Shown here in pieces: positions 30,433 through 54,300 of a DNA stretch of 64,000 nt. The stretch's first letter is position 1, and each line of letters starts with the position of its first letter. The stretch covers positions 10,230,001-10,294,000 of the forward strand of contig CM022667.1 in NCBI GenBank assembly GCA_012295275.1. The letters are read 5' to 3'. Source of the stretch: Chrysomallon squamiferum. Its lineage: Eukaryota; Animalia; Mollusca. Under the pieces are notes generated by a model. It ran no database searches. It saw only the letters and a list, made by a program, of their open reading frames with translations, and was not told the DNA's origin. Both the position numbers and the translations under genes were made by a program.

Positions 30433-30818
30433 TGTATGTATGTATGTATGAATGTTTGTATGTATGTATGTATGTATGTATGTATGTATGTATGTATGAA
30501 TGTTTGTATGTATGTATGTATGTATGTATGTATGTATGTATCTATGTATGTATGTATGAATGTATGTATGTATGAATGTTTGTATGTATGTATGTATGTA
30601 TGTATGTATGTATGTATGTATGTGTATGTATAAAACCAAAATAAATAATAATTATATTTTTGTGTTTTTAGTTTGTAAAATCTTCACATTTCAAAGTTGT
30701 TTATTGACATATTAGGTTCAGTTCTGTTTATATATAATTAAAAATGCCCTTGTTGGAGATTGTTAATTCCATTGATATTAGAAACTAATAACAACAACAA
30801 TAATAATAATAATAATAA

Positions 30819-30849
<31 letters not shown>

Positions 30850-30873
30850 AAGAAGAAGAAGAATAGCAATAGC

Positions 30874-30948
<75 letters not shown>

Positions 30949-30962
30949 AAGAAGAAGAAGAA

Positions 30963-31023
<61 letters not shown>

Positions 31024-31992
31024 GGAACGATATTTTCAATTCAGAATTGTCCAGTATGACTTTGTTATCTGATATTGACTACCGTTAAAAAAGTCAGTCG
31101 ACAGTACAGGGATAAAATTATATGTCCAAATATATTTCAGTAAATGACTATATTTGTTGGCTTAATATCAGCTATCAACAAAAGTGTTAAATATTTATTC
31201 ATCCCATTTCAGTTTCCACAATATTAACAAAACAAAATAAATGTACACTTTATGTTAACTTAAATCAATAAAAATGTTTTTAAAGATTCCATTTGAAGGA
31301 TCACATAATCACTGATAATTAACATTTGATTTTGTTTCCCAGATTAATTTATTTCCAACCCTACCCCCACTACCACTACCTCCACTACCCCATTGCCCAC
31401 GAAAGTATGCTTGTTAATGTTACAGAATGGGACAACATGCCCAAATTCACCCTAAAAAATGCTATGGCACCTTGTGGCACGTTATCTAACAGTTAGAGGA
31501 AATCGGCGAAACTGTCATCTTTGGGTATGACGGATGGGTAAAATAAAGGTGACTGATTCTCAAATAACTGTTCATTCCCCTGCTGCCTACCAAGTACTGA
31601 TTTATGGAATGACCAAAAAGTATGCCTTTCTCTTGGAAATTATTTTTTTCTCTACCACTACAACATATGAGAGGCAATAACCTTTGATCATGATCATTCT
31701 GTCACTACTGCTGGTACTACTACAACGATTATCATTATTATTGTTATTATTATTGTTATTATTAGTATTATTATTATTATATTATTATTTTTATTATTAT
31801 TACTATTATTATTATTATTATTGTAATTGTTGTTGTTATTATTATTATTATTATTACTATTATTAGTAGTAGTAGTAGCAGTAGTAGTATCATCATCATT
31901 ATTGTTATTGTTTATTGATATTGTTATTGTTCATTATTATTATTATTATAAATAAATTATTATCATTATCATTATCATTATGTTTACTGTTA

Positions 31993-32041
<49 letters not shown>

Positions 32042-32048
32042 TTGTCAG

Positions 32049-32155
32049 AATGTCTCATGGAGGAAAACCAGAAAAAAGAATGTCAAGAAAAAGGTAACTG
32101 TTCTAATTTTATTATTATTATTACTACTACTATACTAATACTAATACTAATGCTG

Positions 32156-32244
<89 letters not shown>

Positions 32245-32337
32245 TCTTGTCAGAATGTTTCATGGAGGGAAACCAGAAAAGAGAATGTCAAGAAAAAGGT
32301 AACTGTTCTAATTTTATTATTATTATTACTACTACTA

Positions 32338-32381
<44 letters not shown>

Positions 32382-32867
32382 TTATTATTAATATTATTAT
32401 TAGTAGTAGTAGTAGTTGTAGCAGCAGTACTAGTAGTAGTATTACTTGTCAGAATGTCTCATAGTATTATCAACATCATTATTATTGTTGTTTACTGATA
32501 GTGTTATTGTTAATTATTATTATTATTATTATCATTATTATTACTTGTCAGAATGTGCTATGAAGGGAATCCAGGAAAGAGAATGTCAAGAAAAAGGTAA
32601 CTGTTCTAATTTTATTATTATTATTACTATTGCTACTTCTTCTACTACTACTACTATTATTAGTAGTAGTAGTATTACTTGTCAGATAGTATTATCATCA
32701 TCATTATTGTTATTGTCTATTGATATTGTTATTGTTAATTATTATTATTATTAATATTATTATTATCATCATTATCATAATCATCATCATTATTGTTTTT
32801 GTTACTGTTATTGTTATTGTTACTGTTATTGTTATTATTGTTATTATTATTAATATTATTATTACTA

Positions 32868-32925
<58 letters not shown>

Positions 32926-33194
32926 TTGTCAGAATGTTTCATGGAGGGAAACCAGAAAAGAGAATGTCAAGAAAAAGATAGCTGTTCTAATTTTATTATT
33001 ATTACTACTACTATACTAATATTAATACTAATGCTACTACTACTACTACCACTACTACTACTACTACCACTACAACATATGAAAGGCAATCACCTTTGAT
33101 CATGATCATTCTGTCACTACTGCTGCTACTACTACAACGATTATCATTATTATTATTATTATTAGCATCATTATGATTACTATCATTATCATCG

Positions 33195-33283
<89 letters not shown>

Positions 33284-33604
33284 TTTATTTTTATTTTTAT
33301 TTCTTGTTAGAATGTGTTATGGAGCAAATCCAGAAAAGAGAATGTCAAGAAAAAGGTAACTGAATTAAGGTTCTAAACACAAATAATTTTCTTATTAGGG
33401 ACTATTTCTTGTTATTGTTGTTTATTTTTGTAATTTATTATTATTATTATTATTGTTGTTGTCGTTGTTTTTGTTATTGTTGTTATTATTATTATTATTA
33501 GTAGTAGTAGTAGTAGCAGTAGTATTAGTAGTAGTAATAGTTTCATCATCATTATTGTTATTGTTTATTGTTATGGTTATTATTATTATCATCATCATTG
33601 TTAC

Positions 33605-33655
<51 letters not shown>

Positions 33656-33886
33656 TTGTCAGAATGTGCTATGAAGGGAATCCAGGAAAGAGAATGTCAA
33701 GAAAAAGGTAACTGTTCTAATTTTATTATTATTATTATTATTATTATTACTACTACTACTACAACAGCTACAACAGCTACTACTACTAGTACTACTACTA
33801 TTATTATTATTGTTATTATTATTATTATTATTAGTAGTAGTAGTAATAGCAGTACTGGTAGTAGTAGTACTTGTCAGAATGTTTCA

Positions 33887-33926
<40 letters not shown>

Positions 33927-33981
33927 TTTTTTTTAGAATGTTTCATGGAGGGAACCCAGAAAAGAGAATGCCAAGAAAAAG
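32049..33981 (+). repeat. Second array of seven 45-nt micro-exon-like units upstream of copy D
   Basis: Units at 32049-32093, 32254-32298, 32552-32596, 32933-32977 (donor AT), 33311-33355, 33663-33707, 33937-33981. Confidence 0.9.
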
Positions 33982-34056
33982 GTAACTGAATTAAGATTCT
34001 AAAACACAATAATTTTCTTATTAGACTGTTTCTTTTATTGTTGTTAATTCTCGTAG

Positions 34057-34119
<63 letters not shown>

Positions 34120-34144
34120 TAATACTGTTGATATGTTTTGAGCC

Positions 34145-34155
34145 GGGGATTCCCC
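34145..34155. promoter_or_regulatory. Palindromic NF-kappaB-type site
   Basis: GGGGATTCCCC, about 1 kb upstream of the copy D ATG, in otherwise very AT-rich DNA. Confidence 0.4.
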
Positions 34156-35118
34156 TAATTTGTAAATATATATCTTTCTCTGGTAGGTTACTAGCCGAGC
34201 TGGCTCGCTCTAGGGGTATCCGATATGGAATCTATGTATATAATATATTATAAATACCGAATGAAGATTTTGTACACTAGAACACAACAAATACAAGACA
34301 CTTTTAAAAACTGTATTCGTGCTTGCGCTGAACATTCAGTATAGAAGTAAGAATAACATATATGAAAAGAAATATTGTAATCTGTCATATGAATCACATC
34401 CAGGTTAATACAATGAAAAGAGCAGATATATAAATACCTAGCTAGTTAACAAGCGCGTTCAGGGGTTAGCTAGATGTCTATCGCCAGATCATTCTGGGAA
34501 ACACATATCACTCCCGAGGTGATAATTAATCCCGCTTTCCCAGGCTTTTAGTTGATACAAACGTCACAGTAGTTTTAAGTACCGACTGGACGATGTCGGC
34601 CCGGGAAGTCGCAACATCTATTTTGTTTAGTTCCGGGACGTAGAATAATAAAAGTTCCGGGACGTAGACATAGCTGATTGTTTGTAAGTTCTGCGCTGCA
34701 GTTATGAGACGCCTTTTTTTGTTAACAACGAGATGAGAACTCTGAAGTAGGAAGTTATGTGATTACTGTCGTGGATAGAATTTGTAATTAGGCTTCCATT
34801 AGCTGATTAGGTACCTGAGTGTTTTTGTGTTTTGTTTATTTGTTCGTATTAGGCTCTACCAATTTACTGTTTTGAATAGTAAATTTATCTTTCTTTTATA
34901 TTGAGCAGGCACTTGTACATTGGTTCTTTCCCCGGTTTAATCTAATTTAAATCGAATGCAAAATCTCCTACGCATTTATCAAAACTATTTAATAGAAGTA
35001 TACTTTACGAATATATTCTATTATTACCATCATCATTATAATCATCATCGTCGTTGTCATCATTATATTATTATTATTATTATTATTATTATGATTATTA
35101 TTATTATTATTTGGCAGA

Positions 35119-43791
<8,673 letters not shown>

Positions 43792-44109
43792 AATGAACTT
43801 AAAATACACATATAGCGTTTTTGTATCTGTGATAGTTTGAACTTTCATTGTGATAATGGATGCCTTTATTTTATTGCTATTTTGTTTTCTTGTGTGTGTG
43901 TGTGTGTGTGTTAATTTAAATTTTCACTACAATGATACGTGATTCCTTTATTACAGTTTACATTTATTTGTAATAATTCGTATTTGTTACTAATGTTATA
44001 ACTGATTACTGTAGTTTATTACATTTTTATCTTAATTTGTGATAATTTACACTTATCACTAACTTAATAATGTATTCCTTTATTTTATTGCAACTTAGTT
44101 TTCGGAAAT

Positions 44110-44345
44110 ACGTATTATCAGGAAATTCCTGACAATTTCAGTAAATATGTGTAATCGCTGAACTGAAAGCAATGTGGCCAGAAATACTGATGGTTCAAGG
44201 GAAACAGAACGAAGGGTCAGTAGAAATCGCAAACTGTGACATTAAAGACATGCTTTCTTGTTGCTTAGAACATAACAATAAAACTGAATGGACTTTTTGG
44301 TTCAAGTTTGTTCAGCTATAGAACGACATTTGTCACCGCAAATTT
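44110..44345 (+). mobile_element. Decayed Ginger2/KRBA2-type DDE integrase fragment
   Basis: IAELKAMWPEILMVQGK-QNEGSVEIANCDIKDMLSCCLEHNNKTEWTFWFKFVQL* resembles the 'LWP…VHGKPRHPQSQGSVERAN.DI…W..GL.FVQ' integrase core. Confidence 0.7.
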
Positions 44346-45400
44346 AATTTTTCATTTGTGGCATTGTTTGCCTCTGGTTATCATCCAGCCTTCTTCGTGA
44401 CATATCTACATAAATATATGAATATTATTACCAGTTTTAGAATGTAATAAAGTCTTATGCAGCTTAGAAATTCTTTCTGTCTATACACTCAGACTTACAC
44501 GCACGCAGTCATTACTACATACGAACAGACATACTGCATACACACATATTCATACACACACACACAAATCATGGCCACACATAGACACTGGCTAAGATAA
44601 AACCATACAATCACATTGCAAAATTACTTTATAAATATCTTACTTATTTATATTGTTCAAAATTTAACGTATTTGTATTTATTAATTACTGATTTATTAT
44701 GTTTATTTTCTCTGTAAAATTAATAAATTCTTACATTTGCTGTACCTTGGTGGTGTTTTCCATTCATATCATGTGGAGAATATGTGAAAGTCTTTCATAT
44801 AAACATTTTCTGTAAACAGTAATACATTACTTATTGTATCGCTAAATGCCCACAGCCCTGGAGTTATATTCAAAGTACACTGAAATAACAAGCACCTACC
44901 AACAGCTTACAGAGATCAGATTATGATGTCTCGATCTTTCGTAAAGTTTCAGTCGTGTAGCAAATATATAGTTAAGTCTTTATCTCTTGAATAGTTACTG
45001 TGTCATTGTGACAGAAGAATGTTTTTATTTTGTACAATGTCGTTTCTGTCATGATTGTTGATTCGGTCTGCATATATATAGACGCTTGTCGCCAGATCAT
45101 TCTGCCAAACAAAAGCCCGTAACATGTATTGCTCAGAAGGACGTAATTAATAGCGCTTCTCGCTTCTCGCATATGTATGTGTGTGTGTGCATGCGTGTGT
45201 GTGCCTGCGTGTGTGTGCCTGCGTGTGTGTGCGTGTGTACGTGTGTATACACATATATATCCGATAGAGCAAAGCCAACTCGGGTAGTAACCTGCCTGAG
45301 CTAGAGATATACAGTTAAGTTTTTATCTCTTGAATAGTTAATGTATCATTCATTGTCATTTTATGAATAGTATTTTCTTACGTATGCGTACGTTTCACAG

Positions 45401-45503
45401 TTTTGATGACCCTGTCTGTGGCAGCTTTGAAGTGGATCCTCTGAGTATAAAGATAATAGATGCAGTTTTCTAAAACAACTTGGTTTGACTTACTTTGTTT
45501 ATG
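45401..45503 (+). pseudogene. Decayed SAMHD1 exon-2 fragment
   Basis: tttcacag|TTTTGATGACCCTGTC…GAAGTGGATCCTCTGAGTATAAAGATAATAGA…CTAAAACAACTTGGTTTGACTTAC with internal deletion, followed by 3'-flank-like sequence similar to ~55755-56100. Confidence 0.8.
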
Positions 45504-47837
45504 AAGTTTTCAAAAGCTAACCTTAACTTAATAAGGTGCTTCGCTAACGAGATATTTGATGCCTTTATTTTATTCTGGCTACATTTTTATTTGTGATAGT
45601 TTCTACTTGGCATAGTGATAACAAATTCCTTTATTTGATTACCTTTTACCTTCATTTGTGATAATTTGCACTGTATTTTATTCCTCTTTCATTTATATTT
45701 GTGATAATTTACATTTTCCCTCTGATAATAAAATCATTTTATTTGATTATATTCTGACCTTCATTCTTGATATTTGCTCTTTTCACTAACGAAATGTTTG
45801 ATACCGTTATTTATTACTTCGAATGGCGAATACATGTATATATATATCTTTCCATTGTTTTACAAAATAAAGGTTGAGAAATGCGAATGGACCAGAACTT
45901 TCCCCGGAAGACCCGTCTGATAAAAGTGGAGATAAGACATCTTTGTGTACTGAGGAGAAAGACGTCCCCACGTTTGGTCCAAAATAGTAGACAGAAGAGA
46001 AATATATTCTAAAAAGGAAGAGTTTTATATTCACAAAAGTGTACTAATAAAAAACAAAAGAGTGTATTATGCCAGAATATGAATATAGTGGTAGCACCTG
46101 GGAAGACACGTCAAGAGTTATAAGAATTATTTCATCATTGCTTTGATCGAGTAGGCAGAGCTCGTCTCATCACGAAACTAGACTAGCTTAAATGTTACTT
46201 TCAAATTCCCCTATGAGAACAAGTTACGAACATTCTTGCTATTGATATACCCGATGGTATTTATCAAATTTCGCGTAATGCCGTTTGGACTGCAGCATTT
46301 CAACGGTTGAAAGAGAACTTATAATAAAGAGGAAGAAGATGAAGACTAGGATAATGATGATCCAAAGGTGGAAGATTTTGATGAAGAAGAAGAAAAAAAA
46401 AAGATAAAAGAGATATTCCCAGAAGATGAAGAGCTGAACAAGACCAAACCTATATAGACATGACATCCAAATGACATTACACATGAAAAGTACGCAGAAT
46501 TCTACAAATTCCCGAAGCATTATCGAAAGTTTATTGTGTTAAAGGACTGTTAACTAACAGTAACGGTGTTAGCGAAGTGACTATTGCGATGTGTCACTAA
46601 AACGATTGAATTTCGTGGTTCGTTATGATCAGTTGTGTATTATTACATATATGTATTGTTGTATGTATGCACTATTGTATTTACCATGTATGTATATTGT
46701 ATTTATCATGTCCGTATTATTGTATTTATCATGTATGTCTTATTTTTAAGTTCCTTGATTTACCGTCCTCCACCACTAAATAAGTATACATGTGGTCCAA
46801 TAAATAATTGTACTTGTTACGTAAATATTGTGTTTTATTTCGTGTTCATAGTGGATACTTGATACTATATATAGTTTATTCCTGTAGTATATGTAAATAT
46901 ATGTGTCTATAATAACGAATCGTCACAGTTTCTTAATTACAAGAAAGGCGCAATCCCTAGACATGAAACGAGCCATATTTTGATAGGGTCGTTAGCACTC
47001 GAAACCTAACACCTCTTTCGTGCTTGGTCCCGCGACAATAATCTTGGTTCAGTGCATCAGAACGTCATTTCAATACACGCACATTGCACGCGCTCCTGCG
47101 ACAGCACGAGTGCACTGCGTTTGCACGTGCAGTACACAAAAGATGTTCTTTTCATGATCCAAAGCAAGTTTTATCGCTTTATTTTAATTTATTTGGAAGC
47201 AACAAACCTTGCTACATTTTTTGGCAAAGTATTTTTTGGCTAAGGTCCAGACTTACGGTGCGTTCAGCACACAGCGACAGTTCCCATGGAGTCGTTCCAC
47301 GGTTCTCAAAGATCATTCTGCCTAATAAAAGTCCATGACACGTATTAATCCGGAGGCCATAACTAATACCGCTTCTCACGACCCAGGGGAACTCACAGCT
47401 TTTTGTGGGTGCGGCAGACCGAATCAATCATGAAAGAAATGATATTTTACAGACGTAAGATAAAAACATTCTTGTGTCACAGCGACACGGTAACTATTCA
47501 AGAGATAAAGTCTTAACTATGTATTTGCTACACGACTGAAACTTTACAAAAGAGCTGTAGGGTGTAGTTAGGTGATTATTATTTCAGTGTACTTTGAATG
47601 TAATGCATACCATTGCTATGTTGAATTAAGTATACAAATCTAACGTTACTGTGCACAGACACGTAAGTAGTCTGTTGGCAATAGAGCTATTGTGAAAAAA
47701 CTAGCGATTCATTCTCGTTAATATGTACAGCGAAAATGATAAACACAAACCAAAGAAAAGATCAGCTAGATTCATGGCAGAAATAATCGCGATATAAAAA
47801 ATACAACAACAAGAAAAAGAGAAGAGAAAAACGTGTA

Positions 47838-47848
47838 AGTTTCGGTTT
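47838..47848. promoter_or_regulatory. ISRE/IRF-type core upstream of copy E
   Basis: AGTTTCGGTTT retained in a more diverged copy of the module. Confidence 0.45.
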
Positions 47849-48434
47849 AAAAAATTCACTCTCAGTACCACATAAAACATGTCTGGATTCGGGAAGATAT
47901 TCCAAGCCGGCACATTGCTTCTTAGCGTCTGTAAATTAAAGTGAGTGGTATAAAAACTACCTTCTTTTTTTTTATAATTAATTTTTTTGTTAATTTTTTT
48001 TCTATAAATCAGGATTAAAAAATAAATAAATATATAAAATAAAAAAAATAAAAAATAATAATAAGTAATAGAAAAAAATAAATAATAATAATAATAAATA
48101 AATAAAATAAAAATAAAAATAAAAAAGTAAATAAATAAATAAAATAATATAACCTCATTAAATTTAGCATTGTCTACCGCCACTAAACGGATAGTTTTAT
48201 TATTTTTTTCCTCTGCATTTTCCTAGTATGGCTGTATAACGGGGCTGACATTACTCTTTCCACCTTTTTTGTAAAGTAATAGCTACAAGAACTTTTGTTT
48301 AAGAATATGATACTGGAGAAGCCTTAGCGTTTAATTACGATTATTCTGATATTACTCCTACTACAGCTATTACTACTTTTAGTCCTACAAGTAGTATTAC
48401 TACTACTGCTTTTGTTCTTGTTGTTTTTTCTCAG

Positions 48435-50347
48435 ATTTGGTGGAGGATCAAACAGGAAAAAGGTAATTGAATTAAGAAGGAAAAAAATGTTTTTCTTCTT
48501 CTTCTCGTTATTATTATTATTGTTATTGACAAATACCATTTATAGCATTCTGTTATTGACAATCAGAAATCAAAAATGTATAAAGCTTCTCGCGTGGTAT
48601 ATTCCTCCGTACATAACATGTAAAAATATACGTATATAAACTCATGCTTAACAATGTACACACACATATATACGTAGATACACCAATACATGCTTACGTA
48701 CGATACTCAAGGGATGAGTAAAAATACATGAATATTCACAGATATAAAATATGTATAAATACATGTACATACACATTTCAGATTTTTAATGACTCTATCC
48801 ATGGCAGCATTGAAGTGGATCCTCTGAGTATAAAGATAATAGATACAGTTCAATTTCAGAGACTTCGTTTTCTAAAACAACTTGGTTTGACTTACTTTCT
48901 TTATCCTGCAGCATCTCATAATCGATTTGAACACAGCATCGGGTAAATTACTTTTACTTACTTAACGTGTACCTTTGGTGACAAGCAGCAATAGTCTAAA
49001 TATATTCTAAATACATCCATGTTATCATGACGTCATCACCAACAGGGCAGATCAGTGTGCTCTAAAGTTCCTTGTAGTGCTGTTGAATGATATTCAGTAT
49101 CAACCGCTTGTTGTTATATATTAAGTTAGTTACTACTAATACTAATACTACCATTTAAATTAATGAATCAACTAACTGAATAATATATTATTACCACTGC
49201 TGTTGCTGTCTTTTTGTTTCTGTTTATTTATTTATTTATATTTTAAATTTCAATTGATAGCGTTTACCATCTAGCTGGTGAGTTTGTACAGACATTAATG
49301 GACAAACAGACAGAACTGAACATAACTGAGAAAGATAAACTTTGTGTACAAATCGCTGGACTTTGCCACGACCTGGGTAATACTTTGAAATATTTCTATA
49401 AGTTGTAATACTAAATTTTGTTTAAATATTTATTTATTTATTTTAACATTACCTTTTGTGTTAACACTGTTTTAATCTGCATAACCAAGATTAATTTAAA
49501 ATTGAAATTTCCGAATATTAATAAACAATTTTAACTTTAAAATGAGGATCTTCAAAATAATATTGGGATTGTAAGTTTTCACGTTGTGCTCAGACAAGTA
49601 GAAAAATTTTTTTTAGTAAAGAAAGAAGATCAAAGACTAGCAGAGAGAGCAAGAGTATGTAATACGTGAGCAAAGTGGAGAGGTCTGTCTGGAGTTACCA
49701 ATATCAAGAATATTAAAGATAGTGGTCGTTAGATCATAACTGTGTAGAGCAGAGTGTTTAACAGTCAGAAATAAGGATAAGATAGAGATGAGAAACTTGG
49801 GAAGAATTAAAGGTGAAGCCACGAAAGACAGGGTAAAGACATCAGGAAAGAGCCAGGGATGAAGAGCATAGAAGACAAACTCAGAGAGATGAGGCCCCAC
49901 TGGAATGGACAGATGCAGAGAACGGAAGAGAACAGCGATGTGAGAGCAACTGTTGACATGACGGTGCCGGGGAAAAAAGACCAAGAGGCAGGCAAGAGAG
50001 AGGTGACTGAATGGCATCCAAAGGATCATGCAGGAACTGCAGATCATTCATAAAATTCTGGCGATCAAAAATGAGGAAGAAGAAGATTAAAATCATTATT
50101 TCACTTTTTTGTTCAGCAAACGAGCAGCTAATTTTGCTATCCGAATACCATCACTGTGTTATCTTTGTTTCATCTTGTTGGATGTTTTTGCAACAGCAGA
50201 TTTTCAAATATTATTTTTAAACGATTTTTGTTTTATTGCAGGACATGGACCATATTCACACGTGTTTCATAATCAGTTCATTCCAAAGATACAACCAGAG
50301 AAATCAGGATCGAGTGTTAGTTTGGTTTATTTTTAAATTTGATCTCA

Positions 50348-50408
<61 letters not shown>

Positions 50409-50519
50409 GTTGTTTATCAAACCTGACTATATCCAAGTTTCCGTCTGAAGAATGTAATGATTTATTTATTTTTCTAATTTTTCTGTTGACAATGATGATT
50501 AAATAACTATTATTAGTAT

Positions 50520-50563
<44 letters not shown>

Positions 50564-51269
50564 CTATTATTAATATATCGGCTAAAAACAATTCTTTGTC
50601 ATCACGTTTTGATTCAGCTCGAGGAGGTTACTGAAAAGTTATTTGACTATTTAATTGAAGAAAACAAACTTGATCCAGAATTTGAGAAACATGGACTGAA
50701 TGAAAAGGACAAAAAATTCATAAAAATGCTGATGAAGGGACTTCCTGATAAAATGGAGAAACAGGTAAGACATTAATAAACATTTATGACCTAGGATTGA
50801 CTCAAGACTTTAGAAATCTGAACTGAGGCTTCACTGGTCTCAGGTTCAATCCCATTCAGTGGCCTTCTTCCTACTTTAACCTGTACGCTTATCACTACAC
50901 TTAATTCCTGTCGAAACGTTTGATTGAATTTTAATTGTGAATCTGATTATTTCATCTTTTTTTTATTTATCTGATATCTGTCTAGCAATAACAAAAGATG
51001 GCCGAAATATATTTTCATTTACTTTTAGATGATTGTTTACAAACTCACACCAACTTTTGCTAGCAAAAAATGTAGTGTATCAAGAACTCTTTTATGATTA
51101 TATTCTTTTTATTTTAGTTGATTTAGTTAGTTATTCGATTTTTTTTTCAGGACTGGGAAATGATTGGCAGGGATGAAAGTAAAAGTTTTCTGTTTGAGGT
51201 AAAACGGTCAACTGTTTGTATAAATATTATCTTAATTATAACTCTAATAACTCTATCTCTAATATTTTA

Positions 51270-51306
<37 letters not shown>

Positions 51307-54300
51307 GTAATGATAATAATAATAATAATGAAACCTTAAAAAATAAAAATAGTATCAAATTTTGATGTTTGTAATAAATAAAACATGGAATTGCTTATGT
51401 ACACTTTAATAGATTTGATTTTAAAATCCTAATTAGAAGTAAAACGTAATGCTGTTTTTTTCAGATAGTTGCGAATAAAAGTAACGGGATTGATGTCGAC
51501 AAATGGGATACTTTCGCCCGAGACAGCTTCATGCTGGGATTTGAAAACCGTTTTCATCATATTCGTTACATGAAGTTTGCCAAAGTTCTGGAGGCTGAAG
51601 ATAAGCGATATCACATTTGTATGAGAGATAAGGTGAAATAGTATTCATATCATCATCATCATCATCATCATCTTCTTCTTCTTCTTCTTCTTCTTCGTCT
51701 TCTTCTTCTTTTTCATTATCATTTTCATCGTCATCATGTCGTACATCATCTTCTTCTTCCTTTTCTTTTATCATCTTCACATCATTTTCTACAATTTATA
51801 TCAATCCAGAGACTTGTTATTTGAAAATCACTTTTATTTTTAACATTTTCTGCTCCTTTTAAAGCGAAATGGAAAGCTTGTTAAATATCCAACGAATGAA
51901 ATAAATAAAATAGATTATATGTAAAACTGTTATATACTTTTGTAAAAGCCACTGATGTGCAAATGTGTTCAAATGTGTGAGTGTGTATTTGTGTTTTTAT
52001 CTGATGTTTAGCTAATTACTGTGAACAGGAATAGACGCACAAGGACAAACAGACGCAAACACACATGTATATGTTTAACTGTGAAATTTATTGACAGGAG
52101 GCTCTAAATATCCTCGACATGTTTCAAACACAATATGTAATTCACAGAAATGCCGTTTGCCACAGAATGACCAAAACTTTGGAGAGCATGTGAGTTTTTT
52201 CAAACTGAAATATTTGTGCAAACTGTATTGGGGACTGAAAGCATGTAAACCGAATCCGACTTCTTTTACTTTCATAAATGAGTTATTCTTAATTTTTTCA
52301 GTTTATCAACAATATAAATCACTGTGTTTTGTAAAAGCCACAAGTACAGTAGAAAACTTGATTGAATTTGCAAAGTTGGCTGTTTAAAATGACAAATGTA
52401 TTAAGTATCTGTCGGAAATTTATTATCTGCAATTCAGAATAAACGTTTTAGTTTTTCCGTTATTACTACAAGTCTATCAACTTACTGTTGTTTTCTAGGT
52501 TAGTCGAAGCTTTGATTAAAGCAAATGATTACATACGAATTAAAGGAAAAGATGGGTGAGTCTACATTTTGTATTTCATAATTATTACGAATACATGAAA
52601 TATTAAGGGTGTAAAACATCAGAAAGTCAAGAATTATTTAGCAAATATAGATATTTAAACTAAGAATCATATTAAAAATCAGGTTTTTCACTTGTTTCTT
52701 TGTTGTCCAACTCTATTCCGGTATTTATGTTGTTGTTTTTTTATGTTAATATGCATTGTCGAATTTATCTTTAGGAAAAGCATGTAATAAATATCGAAAT
52801 TGAAACAAAACAAATATGTACACATTCTTTCTTCTTTATCATATTATTTTTTTTTTGTTGTTCTTCTTTTTCTTGAGAGAAGATTTTAATAATTTTCAAG
52901 TATATTCACTTGGAATATGTGGTACATAGTAAAGTCTTCTCTAATCCATACTTGTTGTATTTTACAGAAAAGAAACAAAGATGTCTGAATGTATTGACGA
53001 TCCAGTGGCCTACTGCAAACTAACAGACCGCGTGTTCGAGCAAATTCTGTTTTCTGACAGTGAAGAACTTGAAGATGCAAGAAACCTTCTGAAACGAATC
53101 GTCGAGAGAAAACTGGACAAATGTGTCCTAACAAGTCCATTGCTAACAGAAACGCAGGTTCTTTTTTATAGTTTTATTTAAAACTTCTTGATTTGTCTGA
53201 ATTATTAATTGTTTTTAGTTGTTAAATGCCCGCTAAAAATGCTGCTGATGTACTCATATGCTTGGAAGCATGAAGAGTTAATTAATACTTTGGTGACACC
53301 CACCTTTTGTTCTCTCTTATTGAGGTACATAATCCACCATAGTATTACATTTAGCCTTTTTCAATGAAATTCATTTTTCTTTTGTTTAGCTTTTTCTAAG
53401 AAAAAGAAGGAATATAACATTTGTTTGCAACAAAAATATAAGTTTGAACGATTGGTTGATAAAAATTCTGTAATGATAAGTAAATTCTGACGTAGTCTGT
53501 TAAACAGTTTCTAGTCAGTAGTAAACAGCAGAGAAATAAATATTTATTTAATAAGTCATTTTTATAAAAACATCATTTTTGTTTCTTTTCTCTTTAACAT
53601 TAATGATAAAAGATGCTACTTTCATTCCATAGTTTATTTTTAACATAATTAGTAGCTAAAGACGGACCTGTACCTTGTCACGGACAGTGAAATACATACC
53701 ATGACCTTTGATAAACAAGCTGTGAGAAACCAGCTCAGTGGGATACTATGTTAAAACATGTATTAGGATATTTTTTATTTGTATCACACCACTGTTATCG
53801 ATATTGAATTTTAATCTATTATAAAAGATGGAAAATGAAGTGGAAAAGTTCTCACATTTGGCTTTCATTTGTTTCAGTTTAAGAAAGTCCACGATTTCCT
53901 CAGTCGCATGCCAGAAGAAGACAAACAGAAAATTGAAGACTGTTATGAAGTGGTAATGTGCAGAGAGGTTTCTTCTTCGTATTATTATTATTATTTTTGT
54001 TGTTGTTGTTGTTGTTGTTGTTGTGGTTGTGGTTGTGGTGGTGGTGGTGGTACTGTTATTTTTGTTGTTGTTGTTGTTGTTGTTGTTATTATTATTATTA
54101 AATAATGTTTCTTTTTTTTAATTTTGAATAGTTCTCTTAACAAAGTAACAAAATTAAAACAGTTTAATATAACTATTTGAGTTTTTTCAGACACATGCTG
54201 TAGTAAAAAAAATTGTATATATTTAAATGTTTGAAATTTGCATTTTGCTTTATTTCCTAACATTCAAGCTGATTCACTATTGACTATTTTTTTTTTTTTT

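Noticed and set aside
44110-44345. Functional integrase mobilising the SAMHD1 cassette
   Set aside because: Short fragment with stops and deletions and no termini; it was co-duplicated passively.
51635-51790. Acidic poly-D/E ORF (51529-51780, minus strand)
   Set aside because: Intronic CAT/CTT microsatellite read antisense.
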